From the NCBI RefSeq assembly GCF_009834535.1, contig NC_045698.1, positions 6,078,001 to 6,142,000 on the forward strand: a DNA stretch of 64,000 bases, given 5' to 3'. The position numbers and the translations under genes are program-made. The stretch is from Camelus ferus (lineage: Eukaryota). Below, piece after piece: positions 26,721-38,887 of the stretch; position 1 is the first letter of the stretch; every line of letters begins with the position of its first letter. Below the pieces are notes generated by a model. It had not been told where the DNA came from. It saw nothing but the letters and a program-made list of their open reading frames with translations, and did not search any database.

Positions 26721-29700
26721 TAATAGTAGGAAGCCTGCTACTAGTACACTCCCTTACAGTTGGACGCCAAAGTTCATGAAATAAAGACAAGTTTTTAGAG
26801 TGAAAATGAATACAATGTTGAAAACATAAATTTTTTATTCACTAATAACCTTAAAAGGATAATTAGATAAAAGGTCTGTTTGGACAATATTAAGTTTCCT
26901 GAAAAATAATTTCATCTTATTATAGACAGAGAATATTACTATATTAGTTAATTATATTATAATATTAATATTTTTCTCTGCCTATAATAGATCTAGGTTC
27001 ATAAACCTGCATCTAGTTTTATAAACGTAGCCATATAAAATTATGATTTAACAAATCATTCTTTTGGTAAATTTAAACTCTTCTTTTTCTTTTTTTTAGG
27101 AAAGTCAGACCTCAAGTGTCAATGCTGCCAGGAATGGTAATGAACTAAAGATGGTCCACAGCATCACTGAGTGAGACTAGCACACCCTTTTGTTAGCAGA
27201 CTATTGGTCATATCCAGTAATAAGAAGGTTTATCACCAGTGACTTTTAATACATTTGGACCATCAATAGTTTAATGTGTCAACTACCCTACCAAACTGAT
27301 TTATTCCTAAAGTTGCACGTTTATTTATAAGATTTATTAAAATAGTCATACCTATCTATATGCAGGGCATAAAGTTTATAGTGATTGGACTATTAAATAG
27401 TTATGAATTGTCAACAACTCGTAGAAATTAATTTTCTTTAATGGCCGTTGATTTCCCAATAAACAGCTTATTGTGCACTTCAGCATCTTAGTGAAATATG
27501 AAGTACTTAAAATGGGTATTCTGGTAGTGGCGGTAATAAGGTTTTCAGTAACAATATTGTAAATTTCTCCTGATTTGCTACGATTTTTCTCTCCACATGC
27601 TTCTGCCACAAATACTTTATTAACGCATTAAGTCTGACATTAAAATAAAGTGACTTAAATCACTTAAAACAGTATTAGCCACTTAAGTTATTCATCCCGT
27701 TTCAAATATTTTATGCCAAGAGGAAAGTTAAATTAACACCCTGAAATTCATGAAATCCATGCCCAAGATGGTTTTTCATGGATTATACTGCAGATAGCAT
27801 GCTATTAACTTTGTGTCTTGTTTATTATGTGAATCTTGGAGTCTGAAGACTTTGAGGTGCTTATGGCTTAATTCGAAATCTACAACTCTTCTCAACATTT
27901 TCTTCTTAAATTAATGGAAAGAAACCTGAGAATTTTAATGTATGTGCTGCTGAAGTGAGCACAGAAATCTGGGGACCGTCTTGTCAATCTAGTTTGAGAT
28001 TTTAGTGCTTTGATTTGATAGTGGGTTTACTACTGGAGCTATCAAATCCAAAGAATTCCTCTTGGACTGCCTTGCCAATAAGCAAGTCAGTGTTTCACTA
28101 AATGCACTTGCAAGTGGTTTTTGTTTGAATTGCATCCCATTCAGTCAATTAACAAGTATTGACTTAGCACCTGTCTGAGTGTCTGAGGCACAGCGTTCAC
28201 ATGTGAACTGTCTCTTCAGCTGCCAGCTCGCCGTCTTAGAGACTTTGCTCCTCTATTTGTCTGGGCCATTGTCATAAGCTTCACATCCAGGCTGATCTAA
28301 AACTCCACCTCCTAACGCCTTTCCATATCCCTCTAGGGGTGGGGTGGGTGTCCTGCCTCTCCCAAACACCTCCATGCCTCACAACCTGTTAGTCTAGAGA
28401 GTTCCAGCATGCTACTCGGTGTTCCTTAAATTACTCCTGAGCAAGTTCACCCAACTACATATTCATTTGCCTTTCTGAGGAGTTAATTTCATATAGTTTG
28501 AATCAATTGCATGTAAGAATCATCAGTAAGAATAGGAAATGGGGTTTTATTGTGGGATTTAGAACTGAGACCCTAGTGAAGTTCTGAGAATTATTACAAT
28601 AGTTTGTAAAATAGATACTAACACTTAATCCAGTGTATTCTCATGATCTTCTTATAGCATAATAGTACATGGAAACCAATGATTGTCTTGTCTAAGCTTT
28701 ATATATTTCGACTCACTAGAAGCCAACAAGCTTGAGACAAGAGCTATATATTCTTATGGGGAAAAACTAGATTTTAAGTGCTGGACAATAACCTGTCATT
28801 TTCCCTGACTTCTTACCCAACTTTGTTTTTGTCGCTTGTCATTTTGAATGAAGATATTTGACATTAATTACACTTTTGTGACCCTTGACTACTCTTGTTG
28901 GAAAAGCCAAGGACTTTAGAGAAAAAAAACGTACTGAGAAAATTCATGCGATCAGCTCATCTGTCTAGTGCTGCCATTTCAAGTCCTGGTCCCCTTGGGA
29001 AATTGTTACAAGGGGCTTCAATGTCGTTTCAATACAAGGATGCTGAAATACATCCCTCATTTCACAGCAAAGAGAAGAAATGACAAGAACTTGCTTGTAC
29101 CTCTGTGGCTTCATGACACCTTCAACAGACCCCCAGTGGGGTGTCTTGCTGTGATTATTTGATTCAGAATCTGTCTCCCAAAGAAAGTTATAATTTTCTT
29201 GAGGGAACCATGAAAAATCTACAAAGCCTCTCCAGTGTCAAGCATAATATTTGGTATATCAAAAGTGCTCAACACATGTCCGCTGAGTAGAGAAATATCA
29301 TAGCTGCTAGTATGTAGTATATACACCTGCTTTTAACTGATTTGTTAAATGTTGTTTCTAATTTAATTTAGGTACAGTTATTATTTCTGATTCATTTAGG
29401 CTTGGCGCCAGTGTGCACTTTTATATTGATACCACGGAGCTGAGAACAAACGCTTTTCCTTTTTGTGTTTGTGCACAGCACTGCAGCTCAGCAGCCTCAC
29501 ACGCTCCAGGTCCCGTCCTGTGGCTGAAGGTCTTCAAAGAGGAGATACAGGCTGGATGTATTTTAGTGGAGCATTCTTACTGTCTTGATATTCTTGGCTT
29601 AGTCAGAAGCATCATTTGTCTTCTACGGTCTTTTAAATGCAAGGCTGAACATGCACTCTGGGAAAGTTCTCAATACTGCCTCACATTAACAGCTTTATTA

Positions 29701-29879
29701 ATGTTGCACTACTTGTGCTTCTGCAATTAATATTATTTTGTCTTATGTGGTGTCCTTATAACATCTTACTAGATTCCATTTTTAAAGGTTTTTAAGGATT
29801 CTTGCATTTATATTCATAAATTGTTCTATAGTTTACTGTCCTGGGACACAAGGTCAGATTTTTAATTCTAGCTCATATT

Positions 29880-30245
29880 ACTCAGAATAAGGCAGACTAT
29901 GTTGACGTGATGAATAACCCCCCAGTCTCAGTAGCTTAACCAGGAAAGGTCTATTTTTAGCTGGTGGTATAGATGCAAAGCAGTTGAGCTGGGGGCTCTG
30001 CGCCATAAAATGACTCAGGAACTTTAATCTAAAACGTCACTCGTATCCATCATTTTCTGGCCACATCATCCAGAGCATGAGACCTTCCGGAGAGAAAGCA
30101 TGGAGATCGCACGTGGGCTGAGGTCACGCCGGCCAAACGTCCGGCCCTGCAGCCCACAGGTTTGAGCTGGACAGGGGGCTCAGCGGCAGGCTGGGTCGTG
30201 TGGTCCTCCTTGTGCCTGAATGCGGAATTGGTAAGACACAGTAAT
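29880..30245 (-). mobile_element. Degraded MaLR LTR (MLT1K/L-like)
   Basis: gactatgttgacgtgatgaataacccccc...ctcagtagcttaac...gtcacgccggccaaac...tcctccttgtgcctgaa. Confidence 0.55.
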
Positions 30246-30414
30246 ACTTAACACATTTCTACGTTTGTTACGCTCTGGATGATTTGCAATAATTTATAGC
30301 AGCTACGTCCTAGGATTTCTGGTAGGGTTAAATATGTTAATACGTGTAATGCAAATAGAGGTAGGCAAATAGTAAGCACTAAAAGCTGTCTGCTTGTGTA
30401 ATGATTATACAAGT

Positions 30415-30616
30415 TAGGAGTAACAGCGGTGGTCAAAATGCTGGCAACAGTCACGTGTGCAGTAGTAGCAGTAAGTAGCCATGTTGGCCCCAGCTGTAGC
30501 GCAGGAGTGGTAGTGGCACCAGTAACAGCGGGGATGGCAGGAGCAAGGGCAGCAGCAGAACTGGGTCCAGCAGTACTAGTACCAGTGCTAACATCAGAGG
30601 CAGCGGCCGCGTGGAT
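30415..30616. repeat. Degenerate (GTA/GCA)n trinucleotide repeat, resuming after the Tigger1 insertion (~31135-31180)
   Basis: gcagtagtagcagtaagtagc...ggagtggtagtggcaccagtaacagcg...gcagcagcag. Confidence 0.7.
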
Positions 30617-30618
30617 TA

Positions 30619-31113
30619 CAGGCAGACCTCGAGGACACTGCAGGGTTTGCTTCCAGGCCGTCGTGATACAGCGACTCTCCCAGTAAAGCCAGTAACAGGA
30701 ACTTTTTGGTTCCCCGGTGCATGTAAAAGTTATGTTTACACGATACCGTCACCTATGAAGTCTGCAATAGCATTGTATCCAAAAAGACAACCTTAATTTA
30801 TAAATACTTTAAAACACCTACTTTAGTTTAAAAATACTTTATTGCGTTAAAAAAAAAAAAAAAACCCGCTAACCATCACCCATGAGTCATAGTAGTAACA
30901 TCAAGGGTCACTGATCCCAGATCACCGTAAGGATATTCTAACAACGGACACTTGACATATTGTGAGAACCACCAAAATGGGACAGAGGCACGAGGTGAGC
31001 AAATGCTGTTAGGAAAACGGTGCCAATGGACTTGCTCAACTACAGGGTTGCCGCAAATTCTGGATGTGTAGAAAGCTTCATGAAGCGAAGTGCAGTAAAA
31101 CGAGGTGCGCCTG
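30619..31113 (-). mobile_element. Tigger1 internal-deletion derivative (~495 bp, both TIRs; Tigger1a-like)
   Basis: TA|caggcagacctcg ... cgaggtgcgcctg|TG. The two halves match recalled Tigger1 3' and 5' ends (aaaagttatgtttacac; gacttgctcaactacagggttgccgcaaa). Confidence 0.9.
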
Positions 31114-31429
31114 TGAAGTGCGGGCTGGGCTGGGAGGCGCGGTGGCCGCAGTGGCGGCGGTGGTTAGTGACAGCGGCACTCCGGGTCCGCGGGTGCCCGG
31201 GAAAGCTCAGACACTGCCGTGTACAGAGACTGCCTTTCCCGCACTTACCACTCGGATTTCACATTCCATTTTAATTTAATTTGTTTATTGTTCTGTTCAT
31301 AATTCCATTAGACGTTTAGGTAATCATTAGCATTTTTACTTTTATTTGCAAAAATGAAGAAACAAATATTCATTCTACTATGACTGCACCTTATATGTTC
31401 ACAGGACTGTTTCCGTCTCCTCTGGGTCG

Positions 31430-31620
31430 GTTAGATTCCTGGATACTGGAAGGAGATTTTCTGACCTTTGGTGCTGCCTCTACCACTCGAGTTTTCTCTG
31501 TTTCTTCAACTATAAAATGTGAATCATAATAGCACTGACCTTGTAGAATTGTTTCAAGGACTAAATGAGTTAATATATGGGACAGTGGCAAGCCTAAAGC
31601 AATTGCTCACCGAGAATTAG
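31430..31620 (+). mobile_element. MIR
   Basis: ctctgtttcttcaactataaaatg...ttgtagaattgtttcaaggactaaatgagttaatatatg. Confidence 0.7.
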
Positions 31621-31659
31621 CTCTCGCTGTTACATAAGTGGTGTCTCCTTTCCTGTGCC

Positions 31660-33920
31660 ATTTATTCGCATCTGCTCTCCTTTTCTCTTCATCAGACTTG
31701 TCAAAGATTTCTGTCTTTGACCTAGTTGATTGCTTTTAGTTTCTGGCTATTTTATTTTGTAATTCATTTTCTTCTGCTGTCTTTGGCATTTTAAAATTGT
31801 TTTTGCCAATTTGATTTTGCCAATTATAGTTGTGTAATTAGTGAATTTAATTTCAGTGTTTGTTTTATTATATACCTTTAGATTAATGCTCTTTTTCTAA
31901 TAGTTTGCTTTGTATTTCCTTAAGGACCACTAATGTATAGTACCTTTTCATGTCCTTGTTGGCTATTTATACATCTTCTTTGTAATGTCTGTTTAAAAAT
32001 TTTGCTGACTTTTATTAGGTTTTCTTATTATTGACAAGTAACAGTTTTTACTTATGTATTATATTATGTATTTTATATAATTGAGGTATATATTCTAGAT
32101 GCTACAAATATTTTCTCCTAGTTTGTGACTCGTCTTTTCATTTTATGATAGCTTTAGAAGTGTCCACATTTTTAAATTTACATTTCTTTTACCATTTCTG
32201 ATTTTTGCATTCTCAGAAACTTTTGCATGCTCCAGGTCACAATGATTTTCTTCTACGTTTTCTTCTCGAAGTCTCACGATTGTAGATTTTACACTTAGAT
32301 TTCTGTCTGCTGTGAGACAGACCCTGTTCTTCTGTCCCCTCACCACACAGAGGGACATTCTACTGCTCTGACACCATTTCTTGAAAATATTATGTCTATA
32401 TCTGTTATTTTACTGTCTGTTTTCTTTCGATCTCACCAATTTGATGTATTTTTTGTTTCCTCTATTATTTTCTTTTGGATTAATTCATTGATTATCATTA
32501 TCTGCTTTTTAATTTCACATTCTTTTACCATACATTCAGGAGCTGCTTTAGAGATTACAACATACCTCAATGTTTATTTTATCCTCAAATGAATTATTTC
32601 ATCTGTCTCCTTATACAGTACTAATACTTGAGGATACTCTAACTTCATTTGTGTCAATAACTTTTAAATATTTTATTGTTATTGTGCTTGCCTATTTTAT
32701 ATTTACATATATTTTATATGCTACATGATTGTATTATTATTGCTTTCTGATGTTAATATTCATTTATATTTACCAATATATTTATTATTTCTATTGTCCT
32801 TGATTCTATCCTAATTTCCTTTTTCACTCTGGTGAGAAAACTACCTTTAATATTTCCTTTAGTGAGTATCTGCAGGTGATAATTCTATTTTTATTTGCTT
32901 TGTCCTGGTTTATTTTACCTGTGTATTTGTAGGATATTTTCACTTAGTATGAGGAATTTTATATTGGAAATTATTTCCTTTCAGCCTTGAATAATATCAT
33001 TTTGCTTTCTTCTGCCTTCCACTGCATTTGCTGACAGTAGCAGCTATCAGTCTTATCCTTGCTCCTAGGAAGGTGATGTGTATTTTTGTTTCTGTCTGCT
33101 TTTTTTTATTTTTCCACATTTTTACCAGGACTTATCTAGGTGTCATCATTTTGTTTTTAAGCTGTTTGCATTTACTAAACTTCTTGAATCTGTAGAGTGA
33201 TTCTTTTATTGATTTGGGGCAATTATCAGATTTCTCAGTCTCTCTCCTTTTCTTCTGAGATTCAGCTTATACTTAACTTTTGACTAAGAACTTTTGACTA
33301 AGCCCCCCATTTTGAAGCTCATGATATTATCTTACTCCAGAGAAGATTCACCCTATCCCACAGTAGACAGCTGGAGGGGAGCAAATCCTTTTATTCCACT
33401 GCAGGTCTGACTCAATTGTGGGCTGAAATTTTGAAACTTCTGCCTTCACCTGATTCACCACTGCTACTGCTGCACCCCTCTCCAGTCACCAACCTTAGAG
33501 GCTACTGTTTCTCCAGGTTCCAAATACCTCAGCTCAGCTCCAGTTTCTTTCCATCTCCTCTACATTAGAAATCAACTGAAAATTGTACTCTGATGTTCAG
33601 GTTTTATTGGCTTAATTCTCCACTCTTCACCTATGCAGTTTAAGATTTTTGCAAATGCTTATGGGGCATGTAACAACATGAAAAGTCACTGCTTAGCCCT
33701 CATCTTTTCTCCAGGATGTTAGCAGTCTTGAACTGATTGTCTACCATTTTGGTTCCAGTTATGCCTTTGGCATAAAATCCTAGAAGAGCAATCACTGGGT
33801 AGAAAGTCTGAACATTAGTAAAACTTACGTGTCATAACATTAATAAAACTTTTGATATATGTTGCTAAATTGCCTTTCACAGAGATTGAATCAATTCACT
33901 CTCTTACCAAGGTGTATGGC
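31660..33920 (-). mobile_element. Cluster of very old L1 (L1ME/HAL1-like) fragments
   Basis: T-rich antisense L1 text: tccttgttggctatttatacatcttctttg, caaatattttctcctagtttgtgactcgtcttttcatttt, ctttaatatttcctttagtgag, ggatatttt...ttatttcctttcagc. Confidence 0.65.
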
Positions 33921-34362
33921 ATACAGTATATTTACTTGTGAAATGATTATTTTCTGTAGTCTCTGGCACCAATAGAGGCAATAAATAAAGATGAAAGAAA
34001 TTGAAGGAGTGGTTTTATGTGTAAGAAAATCCTTCCATAATTAAGAGGGGGAATGTAGTGGCAGAGAATTCTTTTTAGCTTAATAAGAGAAGATAAACTA
34101 ATGGCTTTTCCTTGATGAATTACAAGCATCATATAGAGATCACCATAAATTTAGCATTAGATGGTGTATCAAAGACTAATGTGACAGAGAACTTACAATT
34201 TCACTCTTATCATTTGGCTGTGAGAAGGGAAGTCTGTGCTTTTGCCTTCTACTGGTTTGAGTGTATTTTTCATCAAGGTATAAATAATAGTTTATGTGTT
34301 TTTATAGATTCTAAATGATTTGAGGTTTAAGACTCAATCAATTCTCTTCCAGTAACTCTTGG

Positions 34363-34450
34363 TGCACTATGGGTACTTAATAAAAGTATGTTGAATGAAT
34401 ATTTCTTGCACTATGGGTACTTAATAAAAGTATGTTGAATGAATATTTCT
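34363..34450. repeat. Perfect 44-bp tandem duplication (2 copies) of an L2-tail-like sequence
   Basis: tgcactatgggtacttaataaaagtatgttgaatgaatatttct at 34363-34406 and 34407-34450. Confidence 0.97.
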
Positions 34451-35799
34451 TGAAGGATGTAAACTTTAGCAACATCAGCAAAATTTTTAACCCAAAATGT
34501 GTCATTATAATTGCCTTTTTCCTCTCTTGAGGAATCTAATAGATTCCTCTCTGTTGGTCAAAAAGTATCATTGGAGCATCTAAAACACAGAGAGACCTGG
34601 ACTAGTCAGCATAGATCATAGTGATTAAAGAGACTCAGACAATTCATTATCTTAATTATCTTGTTAAACATATTCTCCTACACAATTTCAGAATATTATC
34701 TTGCTAGTACCGCTAGTATCCAAATAAGAAGAAATTGCTGTTTTTATAGTATTAGAACTAAGGCTTAAAAAGAAGCTCTGGCAGTCTTTCATGATCCATG
34801 CCCTAGGGCTCCCAGGGTCTCTAAAGTGTGGGCGTGTGGGAGCCTGGGAACGAGCTGTGACTCCTGCAACCTGGAGGAAAGGACTCAGCTCATGCACACA
34901 CATGACAGCGTTGTAGGGAGTCTGCAAATCTGTTTACAACTGCGTCACTCACATCTCTCAGTCAAGGTTCTCCGTGTACTATAGTGAAGCCCTCATGGCC
35001 CTGTTCACTCTGACGGATTAAATGTGTCTGCAGAGCTTTGGGCACATCCTCACAGTCTCTCCAAGCACACGCTTTATGGAGCAATGGAGCCCAAAGTATT
35101 GATGAAACTATTAGTCAAAGTGTCACTCCTTAACACTTTCAAATTACAGCATTTAATAGTCTCGTGACAGTCATGGTTTCAGAGGACCTCAACTTCACTT
35201 TTTTCTTTACTTGATTAAAAACTCCCTCAAATTCTCAAAAGCTTAAAGTCCTAAGAGACAAAGTTTCTTCCAAAACATAGGCATTTTGTAGAATTAAAAT
35301 GAAAAATGTCAGGTAAGCATCTCAGCAACACTGGGGAACGACTGTTTCTGTATCATTGACTGGGTCCCCATTTAGTCCTTTGTTAAGTACAAACAGAGTT
35401 TTAATTGGAAAATAGTTTCCTGCATAAGATTAAAAAGCAACGTGGTGCACGTCTAAAAAGAGTATTATTTGAACCCATTATATGCATAGCTGTGAGCTGT
35501 CAAGAGCTTACAAAATAGAAATAAAAGGAATGTGCATGCTGTAGTGTAGAAAAACAATGTTGACAAGAATATTATTTCAATATATTCTGTTTCTCAGAGA
35601 ATACATTGACCGAAATGACTGAAATTTGTTAATTATGTGTTAGTAAATGCATTATCTTTCATTAATTTTAATTATGTACAGTGTACATATTTTGTGTATA
35701 AACTTTATTCATTTAAATTTTAATATGAAGTCAGTGTATCACTACTAATAGATACTTGGAACAGATCTATAAAGGTTATTTCATTCACTTTTCATTTTG

Positions 35800-36700
35800 C
35801 CTTATCTTTTATTCATTCATTTATTTAAGCTATGTGTATTTTAACTCTTTTCTGAACCATTTGAGAATATATTTTTAATATCACGTCCCTCTCTCTGACT
35901 GCTTATGTATGTTTTTCATAAGAACTATATGTTCTCAGACATAACCACAGTACAGTTATCAACTTTTAAAAAATGTAATAGTAACATGATAATTTCATCT
36001 CATCTTCATCCATATTCTAATTCCTTCATTTGGCCCAAAGGTGTCTCTTTCGTGTTCTGTTTTTCTCTGACACAGTTCTGGTCTAGGGTTACATCTTGCT
36101 TTTGTCATTCCTGTTTGGCTTCTACTTTAGTCCTTCAGGCTGTCCTTGTCTTTTGACTCATCTTGAGTACATGACAGATATTCTATAAAATTTTCCTCAA
36201 TTTGAGTTTGCCTGATCTGTCCCCATGGCCTGACTCAGTTTACACGTGGCCAGCTGGCTCAGACATGATGACACGCTCACAGGATGATGCCCACCGCTCC
36301 TACTGGTGATCTGAATTTTGACCATCTGGGTGGTCTCTGTTTTCTTCAATCTATGCTGACTGTTTTTTTCCCTTACACCTTTCACAGTGAGAGCTCTGGC
36401 TTCTAGTAACATCACAGTTAGACTCATTTGCTCAATTCTACAATATGCACAAAATAATTTCAGAATCCCTAGTACCTGTAAACTACAAAAAGCAAACCTG
36501 GTAATAAGAGGGAAGGTTTGTTTGTATGTGATTCAGGTGGTGAGAAATCTTGGTTACTGTATGTTGGGTCACATTTTACATGATTATGATAATCTCTCTT
36601 AGTTAAAAACTACTGCCACAGGCTTGAATGGTATAGATTAGACGCACGAACTTCCTTTACCTCTCATTTTTATCACCTATTTTTAGAGTATTTCATCTCA
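35800..36700 (-). mobile_element. Old L1 3'UTR fragments (L1MC/ME-like)
   Basis: tgaaccatttgaga...cataaccacagtacagttatcaac...ccatattctaattcc...ctcaatttgagtttgcctgat. Confidence 0.55.
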
Positions 36701-36744
36701 TTGCACTGTGTACAGCACATCAGTGTGTGTTTGTACACTGATGA

Positions 36745-37230
36745 GTCAGTTGGCTACCTCTGTGTAACCACTTAAAACAGGAACCATTGATTTGGCTCAT
36801 GATTCTGTGGGCTCAGACTGGTGGTTCTGCTGACTTTGCTGGACTGGCTCACACATCTGTGCTCTCCTGGGGAGGGGGCTGGGTGCTGGCTGGTCCAGGT
36901 GATCTCATTTGGGTACTTGATATTTGTCTGGCTGTGGGTCAGGGCAATACGGGGTGGCTGGGGCGTGTGTTCTTACCATGCAGCTCTGCAGACAGAGGCT
37001 CTTCCCCTGGAAGTAACGGCTTCCAACAGCGTGAGCAGAGTGTATGAGACCTCTTGAGTTCTGAGTTTGGAACTGATTCGTCTTCGTTCTACCACATTTT
37101 ATTAGCCAAAGCATGATATACGGCCCAGGCAGACTTCAGGGCTGGAGAAGTACACCCCCTGAAGAAAGATGTGGAAAGCTACAGTGCAAAGTGGGGATAC
37201 AGAGAGAAGTGGAGAATGTTCCAGTCCCCT
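36745..37230 (-). mobile_element. MaLR LTR (MLT1F/H-like)
   Basis: cttaaaacaggaaccattgatttggctcatgattctgtggg...ctggctcacacatctg...ttctaccacattttattagccaaagc...gacttcagggg. Confidence 0.75.
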
Positions 37231-38284
37231 GCAGGTTCCTTATGTATTTTGGGGAAAAGAGTGGCTTGAAATAAAATCAAACAACAACAAAAAGAAAACA
37301 AAATAAATTTTATATATTAATGTAAGTGCATTGGTGGTTATAAAAATGGATGTGAAAAGCCACATGTGAATTATGTGTCATTGGGCTTCATGATGTCTTT
37401 CCTTGACATTGCTTTACCTTAATCATGCAAGACAAATATCCAAATGGCTCATACCCCCTATAGGGTATATTGAAAGGGTAAACGCCCTAGTAAAAGACTG
37501 CGTTTCAGCTCTGATATTATCTATGTTTAAATGATCAAAAGAAAATGTCATCATTTTATCTGCGTGAGCATTTAAATTTAAAAGACATTTTAGTGATGAT
37601 TGTACAAGACACTATAAGATACTGAAAATCTCTAGTGCTCAAAAACAACATTAGACATACTAACTCCTTCTTGTTGTTTGACCTACTGTTTGATATCTAC
37701 ATAGGTTACTTTCAGCGATGAAGTTCTGACTTTTACTACATGGGATTATGTTCATATCACCAGACATTCAGCTACTGTTTAAGTGAAGAAAAGATCTCAC
37801 TATCTGAGAGAACTCTTTTTTAACTGATTGAAATTAGTCAATAGTTTTTGGTCATCTTTTGGTGATAAAAGCAATCCAGACATTCCCAGCTCAAGTCCAA
37901 ATCAAAGTAGCTTTGTAAGAATTTTGTCTTTTTAAATTAACTTCATTCTGAAAAACTTAAAATCAAAAGGCCCCAAGGAAGTGTCAGAGTATCATGACCT
38001 ATCGCAAGTCACCTTCGGGGCTTCTGCTGGGACACATGCATGAGGCAGCTCGCCATTGAGGGTAACCCATCACCTCTCATTGTTTTAAAGTCCTAACTTT
38101 GCACCTGCCCTAGAAAACAGAGCTCTGGATAACCATGTCCTGATCTTCCGTTCCTGCAGCCCCCTTCCAGCCTCCACCAGTGTTCATGGAGCAACTTAGA
38201 TGCGCCATTTCTCAGCTGCCTTTGTGACACATCAGCATGTTTTCATCTGTTTGTCTGTTTCTGTTTGTTTTTGCTGATGAATGG

Positions 38285-38650
38285 TGTATCAGTCAGGGCC
38301 ATAGCAGGAAATAAGGACACCCTCACATGGCTCAACTGAAGAGTTTAACGACAGAATCTTTACAAGGGTGTGAGTGGAAGTGACTGGAACCCACAAAAAC
38401 GGGGAAGAAGCTGCGAACTAGAAATTGAGGGAATTCATTAGAATCCTTATGCCTAAAGGGAGTAGGGAGGGTGAATGTTGCCAGAAGACAAGGCACAATA
38501 GACATGGAGGGAGCTGGGCTGAAGATGGAAGAATGTAGCCGCTGCACGTGGGCAGCATGAATGGAAAGGAATGGAAGGAGGTAGAGTATCAAAGGAAATA
38601 CCTAGAGGTCACCTCCTCTTCCGCTCTCCCATCTTCAGACCCACCCCTAA
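38285..38650 (-). mobile_element. ERVL-class LTR fragment (LTR33/LTR41-like)
   Basis: tgtatcagtcagggccatagcaggaaata...gaagagtttaac...tttacaagggtgtgag matches a recalled ERVL LTR end. Confidence 0.6.
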
Positions 38651-38887
38651 GCTTCAAGTAAAGAGTGGCAGATTTGCTCAAGCCAGAACATCACCGTCAG
38701 GGGTTATTACATAACCTCTTAGAGTCACGGCTTCCTCATCTGTTAGAAGGAAGATGGCACCAGCTCTACACAGGCTGTGGGCAAAGTAGTCCCTAAAGTC
38801 CCTCCCCTAGAATAGCATCTGATTTCAGTAGTTTATTTTCTCCCATTTAATAAAAGGAACTATGAATGCAAGCAACTCCACCGTTCA

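Noticed and set aside
30429..30686. Ala/Val-rich ORF resembling a signal or membrane peptide
   Set aside because: Translation of the degenerate (GTA/GCA)n repeat running into Tigger1.
34363..34450. CRISPR-like or other prokaryotic repeat system
   Set aside because: Only two directly adjacent copies with no spacer; the window is mammalian DNA with no operon-like ORFs.
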